Assembly (NCBI GenBank): GCA_963847625.1
Contig: CAWKAR010000024.1
Span: 64,001 to 128,000 of the forward strand
Source of the DNA: a candidate division FCPU426 bacterium
GTDB lineage: Bacteria; Oederibacteriota; Muellerivitia; Muellerivitales; Muellerivitaceae
DNA length: 64,000 bases
Direction: 5' to 3'
The translations under genes and the position numbers were made by a program. This document shows positions 21,776-31,680 of this stretch, one piece after another (positions within the stretch are counted from its first letter, which is position 1; the number at the start of each line of letters is the position of its first letter). The notes under the pieces are model-generated. The model was not told the DNA's origin and made no database searches. It worked only from the letters and a program-made list of their open reading frames with translations.

Positions 21776-21900
21776 TTCATCCTCGCTTGGGAAAATAGGT
21801 GGGCATGATAACCGGATTTTTCCCCAATTTCACCAGTCGTTTGTGGCGCCAGGTATGGCCCGCGTCCGAGGGAAGCCCGGCGAGGAGCGATTTGGATCAG

Positions 21901-23997
21901 CTATTTCAACGCTTTAAGCACATCCTTGGCCGGTGTCAGGTCCAATGGCGCCCGAGAGGCCCACTCAAACGCCTTTTTGGCTTCCGATACGTTTCCCACC
22001 GTCAGCCATAATTGGCCCCATTTATAGAAAAGGTCAGCCGTCGGATAACCCTTCAGGGCCGCTTGTTGGTAAGCCTGAAGGTGGGCTTTCAAGTCCGACT
22101 TCCCGTAATCATAAGCGGCGGTCTTATCCCAATAAACCGATTCCAGGAAACGGTCCCCTTCAATGGAAGGAGCGGCACCCCGGAGGATTTCCAGGAGCGA
22201 GTCAAAATTTTCGGTGTCCTGAAGGTATCTTTCCAAGTCGGCCCGTTGGAAGGCGTCATGCGCCGATAACCAACGCTGGAAAGTCCCGCGATTAGCGTCC
22301 GTGACCGGAATAATCCCCAGCAGGTAACCACCGTCAGGGGACTTGAGCCCCCGGCCCACCCATTCCCACCGGCCTTCGGGAAACCGGCCGTGAAGAAAGG
22401 GAAGAAAATGAACATTCACGAAAACCGCGGCCCAACTCGCCCGAGAGGGGTCCAGGCTTCGATTCCGCGCCGCGTTGAAAGGATAAACCGCCGCCGAAAG
22501 GGTGTGGTCGTTGAAGGAGTTTGGGTCGAAATCGGTGAAGACCAGGCCCGGGCCCTTTTCCCGGCTTTCGGAAGCCAGAAGTTGGTAGGCCTCGAGCCTT
22601 TCCGCGGATTTCACGGGGCGGCCGAAGTCTTCGGGGTGTTGACGGTAATCCACCAGGGGTTGAATCAAGTTATAAAGGTCGACCGAGGTCGAGATAACCA
22701 GTATTAAAAAGAGAGTTCCCCAACGTTTCGAGGGGGGAAGGGGCGCCAGCGCGGAAAGCAAACCGCAGGCCGTCACGAAAAGTAAAAGAGGGAGGACCTG
22801 GACGATCCGGAACGCCTCCACGTTCATGGAAAGCAGGCCGGGAAGCATCAGGACGGGGATGGAACCCAAAACCCATTTCACCCAGGGCCGGGTCCGGAGG
22901 GAGACCAGTTCCAACAACCCCAGCCAAAAGAATGCGCCTAGGAGGGGGTTAAGAAAGCCCCATCGCACCGGCGTATAGGCGGCTTCCGCATCAAAGGAAC
23001 CCCAGAAGAGGCAGGTGAAATAATGCCAAAGGGTGGCTCCTTGGTGTTTCCAAGGAAACCAGCCGCTCCAGGCCGCGACGGAGGAAATATGCCCGCCGAA
23101 ACCCTGGGAAAGAACGCCCAGGAGAAAAGGGGAAAACCCCGCAATCAACCCGGTTAAAAACCAAAAGAAACTTCGGGGACGGTCCGTTTTTTTCCCCTTG
23201 GGGAGGAACCAAAAGACCGCCGACAGGAGCAGGCACACCATCAACCAGGGGGTGAAACTCACCGAGCCCAACCCGGCGCAGAGGCCGAAAAGGAAAGCGT
23301 TCATTCTTACCGATTTTGGTTTTTTGGAATGCAGGAAGGCCCCGAGGATCAGAAGGCAAAGGAACTCAAAGAGGGGAATGGAAATCCCCTGGTGGCAGAT
23401 CCTCCCGATCAAGAGGGGCCAAAAGGAAAATCCCAGCAGGCAGGAGAAAATAAAAGCGAGGGATTTGGGGAGGAAATGTTTGGCCGCCCAATATCCCGAA
23501 AGGAGAGTCAAAACCGATACCAAAGCCGCCGGAAGCCAGAGGCCCAGGAACGGGTTGGAGCCGAGCCTGAATAGGGAAGCCGTCAACCAGACGGTCAAGG
23601 GAGGGCTTTGGCCGAAGGTGAAAAAGAATTTCCAGCGCCAATGGCGGCTCAACTCCAGCGCCAGGGTGGTGATCCAGCCCTCGTCGAGGTTGGGCCAGCC
23701 TGGAAGGGTTTGGAGACCGATGAAGCGTAGCGCCAAGGCAACCGCGAACACCAACAAGAATATCCAGGATGGGACAGGCCTCCAGGAATCCACAGTGGCA
23801 AAAGGTCCCGCGCCCTTCGCGGACGGGGTTTTCCAAACCACCCAAAGCGGGATGCCCACCCCGAACAAGGCCAGGATAAACTGGGAAGATGCGCTCAATG
23901 TGAGGCAGGAGAGGGCGAGATTCAGTGATAAAAAAAAGACGAGATATAGGATTCTGTTGTTTTGATAGCCGGGGGAAAGCGGATGTGGCTTCAACAT
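21901..23997 (-). CDS. GT-C fold (ArnT/PMT-like) glycosyltransferase with C-terminal TPR-like region
   Basis: ALRF...NLDEG and PPL motifs, many TM helices, helical TPR-like C-terminus. Confidence 0.7.
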   Translation of the reverse strand: MLKPHPLSPGYQNNRILYLVFFLSLNLALSCLTLSASSQFILALFGVGIPLWVVWKTPSAKGAGPFATVDSWRPVPSWIFLLVFAVALALRFIGLQTLPGWPNLDEGWITTLALELSRHWRWKFFFTFGQSPPLTVWLTASLFRLGSNPFLGLWLPAALVSVLTLLSGYWAAKHFLPKSLAFIFSCLLGFSFWPLLIGRICHQGISIPLFEFLCLLILGAFLHSKKPKSVRMNAFLFGLCAGLGSVSFTPWLMVCLLLSAVFWFLPKGKKTDRPRSFFWFLTGLIAGFSPFLLGVLSQGFGGHISSVAAWSGWFPWKHQGATLWHYFTCLFWGSFDAEAAYTPVRWGFLNPLLGAFFWLGLLELVSLRTRPWVKWVLGSIPVLMLPGLLSMNVEAFRIVQVLPLLLFVTACGLLSALAPLPPSKRWGTLFLILVISTSVDLYNLIQPLVDYRQHPEDFGRPVKSAERLEAYQLLASESREKGPGLVFTDFDPNSFNDHTLSAAVYPFNAARNRSLDPSRASWAAVFVNVHFLPFLHGRFPEGRWEWVGRGLKSPDGGYLLGIIPVTDANRGTFQRWLSAHDAFQRADLERYLQDTENFDSLLEILRGAAPSIEGDRFLESVYWDKTAAYDYGKSDLKAHLQAYQQAALKGYPTADLFYKWGQLWLTVGNVSEAKKAFEWASRAPLDLTPAKDVLKALK

Positions 23998-24034
23998 CCG
24001 CGCGACTCGTGGAAATATCCGGGATCCGAAGCCA

Positions 24035-25708
24035 TTAAAGGTAACTGACGGATCTTTTGGGGGACTCGGGTTCGGCCTTCTTGGTTTTCCGGCGGCGCGA
24101 GGTTTTGGCGTCTGATTTCTGTTTATAGTGGAGGATCAATAGGATGCCGGCCACCAGCAGGTACATGATGCCGAACTCCGGGGCGGCCGTGAAACCAAAT
24201 TTGTTCTGGAGGCCCGTTTCAGTCAGGCGGTAGGCGTGGATCAACCCCAGGAAAGACAGGACCGAAGCCGCGAAGGTCCACTCACTGGCTTTCAGGAATT
24301 TCCTCTCGATCATGTAGACCATGATGGCCGCGAAGATCATGGAGGTTAGAAGGAACCCCTGGCTCAGGAAAATCACCCCCCGGATGTAAAGCAGGCTCCC
24401 GAATTTATCCGCCGCCGCGAAAAGCGAGGACCCCGAGATGGCCAGCGTGGGCTCAATCACCATCTGGAGAACGAAGGCCGCGAAGGCGGGGATCAAGCCG
24501 AAGGCGACTGCCAGGGCATGGGCCTTGGGGATTTCCTGGAAGGCCTGCGCGGTGATGATGATGGCCACCCAAAGCAGGATTCCCAGGATGCATTCCTGCG
24601 GGATCACCTTAAGAAACAGGCTGATGCCGCCGAAAAGGCAAAGCAGGGTGATGATCACCCCGTTCAAGATGGAATAACCGTGCCGGGCGCCCATGGCCTT
24701 CCAACCCGGATGACCGATATAGATGGTGGTGGGAAAGGCGCTGCCTAGGAGGGCCGCCGCCAGGGTGGCCACGCCGTTGGTCATGAGGGAGGACTTCGTT
24801 TGGAAGCGGTCGCCGGCGGCCTCGGCGCTTTCCAGGTTCTGAAGGGACCCGATGACGTTAAAGAGACCCATGGGGAAAATGACCGCGAGGTATTTCCAGC
24901 CCATGGGGCTCAGGAGCAGGGCGAAAAGATCGCCTGGCACGGGCCGTGGCGGGTAGAAGGACCATTGGATCGGGTCGGTGGAGACGTTCAAGGGGATCCC
25001 GATAATGGCGTGGAAAGCCCAGGCCAGGAGGGTGCCCAGCAAGACCGCCAGGAACCCCCCGGGCAGGGAAAAGGGCCACTTGATCCGGGAGGAATAGGAG
25101 AGAAGGATCATCATCATGGGCAGAAGGCCGACCAGGGGGGAGGCAAAGATCTGGAAAATGAAACCCATCGCGATAAAGGTGATGGCGATGCCGGCCAGCG
25201 CGCAAAGCAGGGCCGCTCGGGGGGTGTTGCGCCTCAACCAATCCCCCACGAACGCGCCCGCGAATTCCATCACCCCGCTCAGGAAGCACGCGAGGAGGCC
25301 GGCCTGCCAGGCCAGCCGGGAGTCATGGGTTTCCTGGAAGATGGGGGCCATGACCAGGAAGATGAAGGCGATCAGGCTGGGAGTGTTGATGCCGAAGGGA
25401 AGGGCAGTTACGTCGGGACGGCCGGTGGAGAGGGCCAATCGGCGGGCCTGCCAGGCGTAGAAAAGATTTCCCAGGAGGATGGAAACAGCCGCTCCCGGGA
25501 GAATATGGCTGGTGATGAAATCCCCGGGAAGGCCGCAAAAGGCTTTGCAGAGTCCCATGACCAGCATGAGTTGGAGGAGATTGTCGATGAAGAGGCCGAA
25601 GAAACCGTCCAAGTCCCCCCGGGTGAACCAGGGAAGATACGGGGTTCCCGGTTTAACCCCCGAGCGGGAGAGTGGGGGAGCCGTGGTATTTTCTGGAACG
25701 TTCGGCAT
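24035..25708 (-). CDS. NCS2/AzgA-like permease
   Basis: GDLDGFFGLFIDN, VTALPFGINTP, ESAEAAGD and YIGHPGWKAMGAR. Confidence 0.85.
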   Translation of the reverse strand: MPNVPENTTAPPLSRSGVKPGTPYLPWFTRGDLDGFFGLFIDNLLQLMLVMGLCKAFCGLPGDFITSHILPGAAVSILLGNLFYAWQARRLALSTGRPDVTALPFGINTPSLIAFIFLVMAPIFQETHDSRLAWQAGLLACFLSGVMEFAGAFVGDWLRRNTPRAALLCALAGIAITFIAMGFIFQIFASPLVGLLPMMMILLSYSSRIKWPFSLPGGFLAVLLGTLLAWAFHAIIGIPLNVSTDPIQWSFYPPRPVPGDLFALLLSPMGWKYLAVIFPMGLFNVIGSLQNLESAEAAGDRFQTKSSLMTNGVATLAAALLGSAFPTTIYIGHPGWKAMGARHGYSILNGVIITLLCLFGGISLFLKVIPQECILGILLWVAIIITAQAFQEIPKAHALAVAFGLIPAFAAFVLQMVIEPTLAISGSSLFAAADKFGSLLYIRGVIFLSQGFLLTSMIFAAIMVYMIERKFLKASEWTFAASVLSFLGLIHAYRLTETGLQNKFGFTAAPEFGIMYLLVAGILLILHYKQKSDAKTSRRRKTKKAEPESPKRSVSYL

Positions 25709-25946
25709 GGAAAGAGACTAAACGCACCGGGGAATCCGGTCAAGAAATTTCAACCCGTTATTTTCAAAGCCCAAACGGCAATCAGAAGGCCAATATTGTT
25801 TCCTGGTAAAGGCGGCCGAACCGGGTGGAGGATTCCACACGAAAGGTTTCCAGGCTATTAAAAAAAGAAAAGGCTTTCCTGTCCTTGATCCGGCCGTTCT
25901 TTTTTTCTGTCAGGTTGTTTTGCATTTTAAAAAAACGCAGGAGGTC

Positions 25947-25983
25947 TTGACACGGGTTCAGATAATCAGTATTACTGATTATC
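25947..25983 (+). promoter_or_regulatory. Sigma70 -35 box and palindromic operator upstream of marR
   Basis: TTGACA at 25947-25952. Perfect 11-1-11 inverted repeat GATAATCAGTA-T-TACTGATTATC (25961-25983) covers the expected -10 region. Confidence 0.75.
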
Positions 25984-26013
25984 CTTAAGCTGATGAAAAG
26001 GATTATCAACTAA

Positions 26014-26520
26014 ATGTCAACTTCCTTGACCAAAGAAAACAAGGCCGAAACCTGCGGGGGAAAGTGCGATTTTTCGGAGACCCTCCTGAGCCAAATGGGT
26101 TTCCTCATGGGGCGGGCCTCCCAGAAACTGCAGGAATTCCAAGCGGGGGTCTTGGGACCCATGGGATTGATCGGCAAACACCTGGGAATCCTCCTGACCC
26201 TCCAGGAAAAGGGCCTCATCAGCCAGCAGGAAATCGGCAAGTGCGTGCAAATCGACCGAACCACCATGGTGGACATGATCGACCATTTGGAAAAACTGGG
26301 TCTGGTGGAGCGCCGGGAACATCCCACCGACCGGCGATCCCACTCGGTGGCCCTGACGGAAAAGGGGAGAAAGACCCTGCAGAAGGCCCGGCAACTGGCC
26401 CAGGGGATCCAAACGAAATTTTTATCAGTGCTGTCCCCCGGGGAGCAGAAGAAACTTCTTCAGCTTCTTAGGAAATTGGTGTTAACCCATTACGCCCGCA
26501 AAACCGCGGGGAAGGGATGA
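26014..26520 (+). CDS. MarR family transcriptional regulator
   Basis: IDRTTMVDMIDHLEKLGLVER and DRRS...LTEKG. Confidence 0.93.
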   Translation: MSTSLTKENKAETCGGKCDFSETLLSQMGFLMGRASQKLQEFQAGVLGPMGLIGKHLGILLTLQEKGLISQQEIGKCVQIDRTTMVDMIDHLEKLGLVERREHPTDRRSHSVALTEKGRKTLQKARQLAQGIQTKFLSVLSPGEQKKLLQLLRKLVLTHYARKTAGKG

Positions 26521-27881
26521 GGCGCATGAATTGTCGAAGGATTCTATTCGTTTCAATCTTGGCCGCAAGCACGGCGGGTTGGGCCCAGGACCAGCCGCTC
26601 CCGGCGGGACAGACCCTGACCGTGGAGGAAGCCCAGCAGGAGGCGGTGGAGCGTTCCCCGTTTTACCACCAGGCCCAGGCTGCGGAAAGGGAGGCCTCCT
26701 GGGGCCAATTCGAGGCGCTTTCCCAAGGTTTCCTTCCGCATGTTTCCATCGGCGGAAAATATTTCATGAGCGAAAAATATGGGCAAGAAATGATTGCCTT
26801 TCCGGGCTCCGGCTCGATCCCTTTCATTGAGAATTTTCCAGTCGCCACCCTGGCTTTGGACGCGCAATATGACCTATTCGACGGATTGCAGAATATCCAC
26901 AATCTTAACGCCGCCAACCATAGGCATGAAGCCGCGAAAATCCTTTCCGACTGGGCCGAATTCCAGCTGAGGGAAAACCTGCGGCTGGCCTTCTGCCAAG
27001 CCATGGCCGCCAAGAAGATTTCCGACATGGCGGACCAGAACGTGAAAACCCTGGAGGACCACCTTCGCATCGTTAATGACCAATTAGAGAACGGCCAGGC
27101 TACCAAGTACGACGTGCTTCGGGTGGAAGTCCAGCTCTCGGAGGCCAAAACGGACCAGATTTCCGCCCATGACAACGTCATCCTGACCCGGGAGAACCTG
27201 GCGCGCGCCATGGGGCTGAAGAAGGACGACCGTCCCCTCTCGGGGGAATTACCGGTCCTGGACGCCGCCGCCATCATGGCTGACGTCCAAACCGTGGATT
27301 TCAAGGACCGCCCCGACCTGAAGGCGAAGGAACTCCAAGCGCAGGCCGCTTTGGACCAGAGCGCGGCCGCCCATTCCTTCTGGTTTCCCCGGATTTCCCT
27401 CATGGGGGAATGCCAATGGTATGACGCCCAGGATTATTCTTCCTTGAACCCTCCAGTCATTACCAACTCGGGGAACTTCAATAATAGTTATTTTATTGGT
27501 GCCGCCGCCACCTGGGACATCCTGGACGGGGGTTTGTCGGTGGCGAAGGCCAACGAGGCCAGCGAGAAGGCGAAGGAATCGAAGGATGACCTGGAAGCCT
27601 CCCAATTGGACGCGCCCTACAACTACGACCTTTGGAAGCGGCGGCTGGTGTCCAACGTGGCCATTTACCAGGCCAAGCTCACCGACATTGACAAGGCCCA
27701 GGAAAGCGTCCGACTGGCCACACTGGGTTTCAAAGCGGGAACCCGGACCACCACGGACGTCCTGGACGCAGAGCTGGACCTGTTCCGGGCCTCCGCGGGG
27801 GTGGTGCAGGCCCAAGTCTCCGCCATCGAGGCGTTGGTCAACCTGGAAATGGCGGTGGGAAAGAGGATCGGCCATGAGTAA
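26517..27881 (+). CDS. TolC family outer-membrane efflux protein
   Basis: Signal peptide, two OEP repeats (GQATKYDVL and GTRTTTDVLDA), overlaps with both neighbours. Confidence 0.9.
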   Translation: MRRMNCRRILFVSILAASTAGWAQDQPLPAGQTLTVEEAQQEAVERSPFYHQAQAAEREASWGQFEALSQGFLPHVSIGGKYFMSEKYGQEMIAFPGSGSIPFIENFPVATLALDAQYDLFDGLQNIHNLNAANHRHEAAKILSDWAEFQLRENLRLAFCQAMAAKKISDMADQNVKTLEDHLRIVNDQLENGQATKYDVLRVEVQLSEAKTDQISAHDNVILTRENLARAMGLKKDDRPLSGELPVLDAAAIMADVQTVDFKDRPDLKAKELQAQAALDQSAAAHSFWFPRISLMGECQWYDAQDYSSLNPPVITNSGNFNNSYFIGAAATWDILDGGLSVAKANEASEKAKESKDDLEASQLDAPYNYDLWKRRLVSNVAIYQAKLTDIDKAQESVRLATLGFKAGTRTTTDVLDAELDLFRASAGVVQAQVSAIEALVNLEMAVGKRIGHE

Positions 27882-28728
27882 CGGGAGGAAAAATTTATTC
27901 ATTAGGGGAGCCGTTATTATCGCGGCGGTGCTGGCCGCGTTTTTCATCGTGCGCGCATACCTTTGGGAATCCACCGACGACGCCTATGTCCAGGCCCATT
28001 CCTTGATGCTTTCGGCCCGGATCGGCGGGACCGTTCAAAAAGTGCTGGTGGACGAGAACGACAAGGTCAAGGCGGGCCAACTCCTGGCGCAAATCGATGA
28101 CCGGGACTACTCCGCGGCCTACAACCAGGCGGTGGCCGACGAGGCCTCCATCCAGGCCGACTTGGAGCAGGCCTCGCTTGATTACGAAAGAGTTTCAAAA
28201 CTTTACAAGGAAGCGGCCGTCTCCAAACAGCAATATGACGCGGCCCTGGCCCGCTTCCGGAACCTCCAGTCCCGGCTGAAAGCCGACCAGTTCAAGGCCG
28301 ACCAAGCCAAGCTGAACCTGGGCTACACCCAGATCACCGCGCCTGAGGACGGGGCCATCGCCAAGAAGTCGGTGGAACCCGGCATGGTGATTCCTCCCGG
28401 CCAGGCTTTGTTCGGTTTTGTGAGTTCCCAGGAACGGTGGGTGACGGCTAATTTCAAGGAAACCCAGCTTTCCCGCGTCAAGATCGGGCAGAAAGTGGAC
28501 GTCGAAGTGGACGCGCTGAACGGGAAGAAATTACAGGGAGTGGTGGATTCCATAGGTTCCGCCACGGGTTCCACCTTCACACTGCTTCCCCCGGACAATT
28601 CCACGGGTAACTTCACCAAAGTGGTCCAGCGGGTACCGGTCAAGATCAAGCTCTTGAACCTGACTTCAGAGGCTATCGACCGCTTGGCGGCGGGCCTTTC
28701 CGCGGTCGTGGACGTTCGGGTCCATTAA
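27874..28728 (+). CDS. EmrA-like HlyD family membrane fusion protein
   Basis: STDDAYV, ANFKETQL and LLPPDNSTGNFTKVVQRVPV. Confidence 0.93.
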   Translation: MSNGRKNLFIRGAVIIAAVLAAFFIVRAYLWESTDDAYVQAHSLMLSARIGGTVQKVLVDENDKVKAGQLLAQIDDRDYSAAYNQAVADEASIQADLEQASLDYERVSKLYKEAAVSKQQYDAALARFRNLQSRLKADQFKADQAKLNLGYTQITAPEDGAIAKKSVEPGMVIPPGQALFGFVSSQERWVTANFKETQLSRVKIGQKVDVEVDALNGKKLQGVVDSIGSATGSTFTLLPPDNSTGNFTKVVQRVPVKIKLLNLTSEAIDRLAAGLSAVVDVRVH

Positions 28729-28830
28729 TATTCGGTTGGGATATCAGGCCCGCCTGTGATCGGGTTTAATCCCAAGTTGAATATAAAGGGTTCTTCTTAT
28801 GAAATCCGAAAAAGGGATTCCCCCGAACCC

Positions 28831-28968
28831 GGCATGCCGGGATTCAGCAAGACCCTGACGGACGATCAGGTCTGGAAGCTGGCCCTTTTCCTCTAGCACA
28901 TGGATTCCTTGCCCGCCAAAGCGCAGATCGCCTGGAAAGCTATCCCTAGCGCCGCGAATCTGCCCTGA
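28831..28968 (+). pseudogene. C-terminal remnant of a class I cytochrome c
   Basis: Translates as GMPGFSKTLTDDQVWKLALFL*HMDSLPAKAQIAW with an in-frame TAG at 28894. No CxxCH or start upstream. Confidence 0.55.
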
Positions 28969-29067
28969 GTGGTTCGATTGGGCTCACCACTGGTTTGTCG
29001 AACGGGCCAGTACGCAAGGCCTGCAATCCAGTTCCTGATACTCAGTAACCCAATTCCGAGCACCCAA

Positions 29068-29164
29068 AACCCATTAAAGGGCCTCAACCCCCTAAACGGA
29101 ACCGGACGAACCCATTAAACGGGGCGGAACCCATTAAACGGAGCCGGGCGAACCCATTAAACGG
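29068..29164. repeat. Five AACCCATTAAACGG-like direct repeats
   Basis: Copies at 29068, 29086, 29109, 29128 and 29151, with alternating spacing 18/23/19/23. Confidence 0.85.
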
Positions 29165-29166
29165 GA

Positions 29167-29654
29167 GATAAACTGCCCACAAACCCAGTGTCATTTGCCG
29201 GTAGGGGAGGATAACCCGCCCACAAATCCAGTGTCATTTACCGGCAGGGGAGGATAACCCGCCCACATTCCCAGTGTCATCTGCCGGAAAGGGAGGATAA
29301 CCCGCCCACAAACCCAGTGTCATTTGCCGGTAGGGGAGATAAAGTGCCCACATTTCCAGTACAGGGGAGGATAACCCGCCCACATTCCCAGTGTCATTTG
29401 CCGGAAGGGAGGATAAACCGCCCACATTTCCGGTGTCATTTACTGGCAGGGGAGATAACCCGCCCACATTCCCGGTAGAATCTGTCGGCGGGGGGGATAA
29501 ACTGCCCACATACCCGGTAGACACTATCGGCAAAACCGGTAGACAAGCCCGAAAACCAGTAGACACCGTCGGCAAAACCGGTAGAAAAAGCAGAACCGCT
29601 AGAATGCACAGGAGGATAAACGCCCACATTCTCGATGTCATTTGCCGGTAAGGG
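29167..29654. repeat. Degenerate 42-43 bp tandem repeat array (about 10 units)
   Basis: Consensus GATAACCCGCCCACATTCCCAGTGTCATTTGCCGGTAGGGGAG. Units start at 29167, 29210, 29253, 29296, 29338, 29370, 29412, 29454, 29496 and 29615. Confidence 0.9.
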
Positions 29655-29888
29655 GCCTGTCTACCGAAGCCGCCTGTCCCTCGACCAGTCTTCCGTAGCT
29701 TTTAGCGAAGGAAGAAGCTCGAAGAGCGTAGTGAGATAGCGAAGGTGGGTCAATACTGGTACCACGGGCTTCGAGACTGTGTCATAACTCAGTTTTGGAC
29801 AACCGGACCCATTTATTTATTGAAGTTTTGGGCCATGAAGTCTTCAAAAAAGCTTTTATGACACAGTCTCTTCGCTCGTGGGGCTCCA

Positions 29889-30077
29889 TTGGACCATGTC
29901 CAGCGGAACGGCCAAGTCAAAACCGGCGCTATGGTGGATGCCTTGGGAAGTCCAAGGCGGACCGTGGTCCGTAACCTGAACAAGTTAATCGCCGATGGGC
30001 GGTTGGTCAGGGAAGGCAATGGCGCCGGCGCGGTTTACCGGCTCAACAACAACCTGAAAGAAGATAGGTTTAATTAA
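29889..30077 (+). pseudogene. Isolated winged-helix fragment (Fic/DeoR-like C-terminus)
   Basis: RRTVVRNLNKLIADGRLVREGNGAGAVYRL. No RBS or N-terminal domain visible. Confidence 0.5.
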
Positions 30078-30146
30078 CCATCCAACTGGGTCCGAATTAC
30101 TTAAAATGTTGTCTGTCAGCTAGGCCCCATAAATTTACATTGTTGA

Positions 30147-31679
30147 ATGTTCACTATCGTCCGTTGCGGAGCGGGTGATCAGGCACCTTTTTTTTGGTTG
30201 AACGTCTCTGAACTTAGTGGAAGGGCGGTGGGTTGGAACTACGACGACCTCTACCGTTTGATCAACGAGACGGTCACAAGTCCAAAACCAGCCGACCCGA
30301 CGGGAGGGGTGACCTACACCTATGACCCCGTGGGGAACCGGCTAACGAGAAATTCGAGTTTAACAGGCATTTCAAACCAAAACCTCGTATATGACGGTAC
30401 CGGGGATGATCGGATGACCTCGGATGGAGCCTCACCCTCGGCAAATTATAGTTACGACCTCAACGGCTCAGTCACCCAGGCCGGGCCTTCAGGGTCTGTG
30501 ACGGTTTACACCTATGACAGCTTGGCCCGGTTGACAAGTGTTACGGCACCGAGCCTAGCGGAAACATTTATCTATGACGGGGATGGAAACAAAGACAGCC
30601 AGACTATTAACGGTGTAACCACTAATTTCCTGGTCGATACCCATAGCCTGACCGGCTATGCACAAGTGGTAGATGAAATACAAAATGGAAGCGTAACCCG
30701 CACCTACACTTATGGAACTAGCCGCATTTCTGAAGACCAATTCAATGGAACAAGCTGGAACTTGAGTTACTTCGGCTATGACGGTCAGGGCTCTGTTCGT
30801 TATTTAATGGACTCAAACGGAAATATAACTGACCAACTGGACTATGATGTCTTTGGAACGCTGATAAATCAAACCCACGTGGGAACACCAACACCAAATG
30901 TTTATTTCTATGATGGAGAACAATTAGACGAGGATACCGGGAACTACTATTTAAGAGCCCGCTGGATGAATCCTGGAATTGGAAGATTTCAGACGATGGA
31001 CACGTTTGAGGGTGATCCAAATGATCCTCTGACATTACATAAATATTCCTTTGGCTCTAATAATCCGGAAAATATGATTGATCCAAGTGGTAATGAAGGA
31101 GAAGAAGGTAATCCTACAATTAATGTCCAATTACCAAAATGGCCTGCTAATGAAGTTTCTAATGTCATGAATGCAGTGGAGGGGATAGGATGGAATAATC
31201 AGCAAATTCAAAATTCTCTTTATAGAGAATGCGGAGATTTTTTATCTGGGGTTGATGACGTATTCCTTGTTTACCTGGATAAAGCTCACGTGGAAATAAA
31301 CGACCAAAAATGGTCTCGAAAATACAATCTGCCACTTCCGCCAGTTCAACCTCCTTTTTTAACAGCTGGTCAACAAAAAGAACTTACTGATGATCCAAAT
31401 GCTATGGACCGATATAACAATATAGGTTTGGCTGTGGCACAAGCAAGGCAGGAAGATAGTAATGGATCTGATCCAACATTCAATGCAATCTATTTCCGTG
31501 ATAGAACCACCTCTAGTAAAGTTAACACTGTAGATACAGATAAAAATGGGGTACAGCATATAAATAATTATGATGGTTTTTTACACACGCAAAGACATGT
31601 TAAAGGGCTAGAAGAAAAAAAGGTGCTTATACTCACAAATATACAGATATATGGGCTTGCACTTTCGGGAGGCCATTAA
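30147..31679 (+). CDS. Orphan Rhs core fragment with C-terminal toxin domain (N-terminally truncated)
   Basis: YD repeats, Rhs-associated core YDGEQLDEDTGNYYLRARW...GRF, and NPENMIDPSG boundary at about 31080, then an AT-rich tail of about 195 aa. Rhs-like sequence starts at about 30196. Confidence 0.9.
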   Translation: MFTIVRCGAGDQAPFFWLNVSELSGRAVGWNYDDLYRLINETVTSPKPADPTGGVTYTYDPVGNRLTRNSSLTGISNQNLVYDGTGDDRMTSDGASPSANYSYDLNGSVTQAGPSGSVTVYTYDSLARLTSVTAPSLAETFIYDGDGNKDSQTINGVTTNFLVDTHSLTGYAQVVDEIQNGSVTRTYTYGTSRISEDQFNGTSWNLSYFGYDGQGSVRYLMDSNGNITDQLDYDVFGTLINQTHVGTPTPNVYFYDGEQLDEDTGNYYLRARWMNPGIGRFQTMDTFEGDPNDPLTLHKYSFGSNNPENMIDPSGNEGEEGNPTINVQLPKWPANEVSNVMNAVEGIGWNNQQIQNSLYRECGDFLSGVDDVFLVYLDKAHVEINDQKWSRKYNLPLPPVQPPFLTAGQQKELTDDPNAMDRYNNIGLAVAQARQEDSNGSDPTFNAIYFRDRTTSSKVNTVDTDKNGVQHINNYDGFLHTQRHVKGLEEKKVLILTNIQIYGLALSGGH

Positions 31680-31680
31680 A

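Noticed and set aside
23033..25861. Long antisense ORFs (23033-23965, 24800-25861 and similar ones throughout)
   Set aside because: Shadow frames of GC-rich genes on the opposite strand, with no family motifs.
29234..29651. ORFs 29234-29641 (-) and 29391-29651 (+) as proteins
   Set aside because: They are by-products of the repeat. The 43- and 32-bp units shift the frame, and there is no convincing RBS.
29068..29654. CRISPR array
   Set aside because: Units are degenerate tandem copies with no unique spacers, and there are no cas genes in the window.
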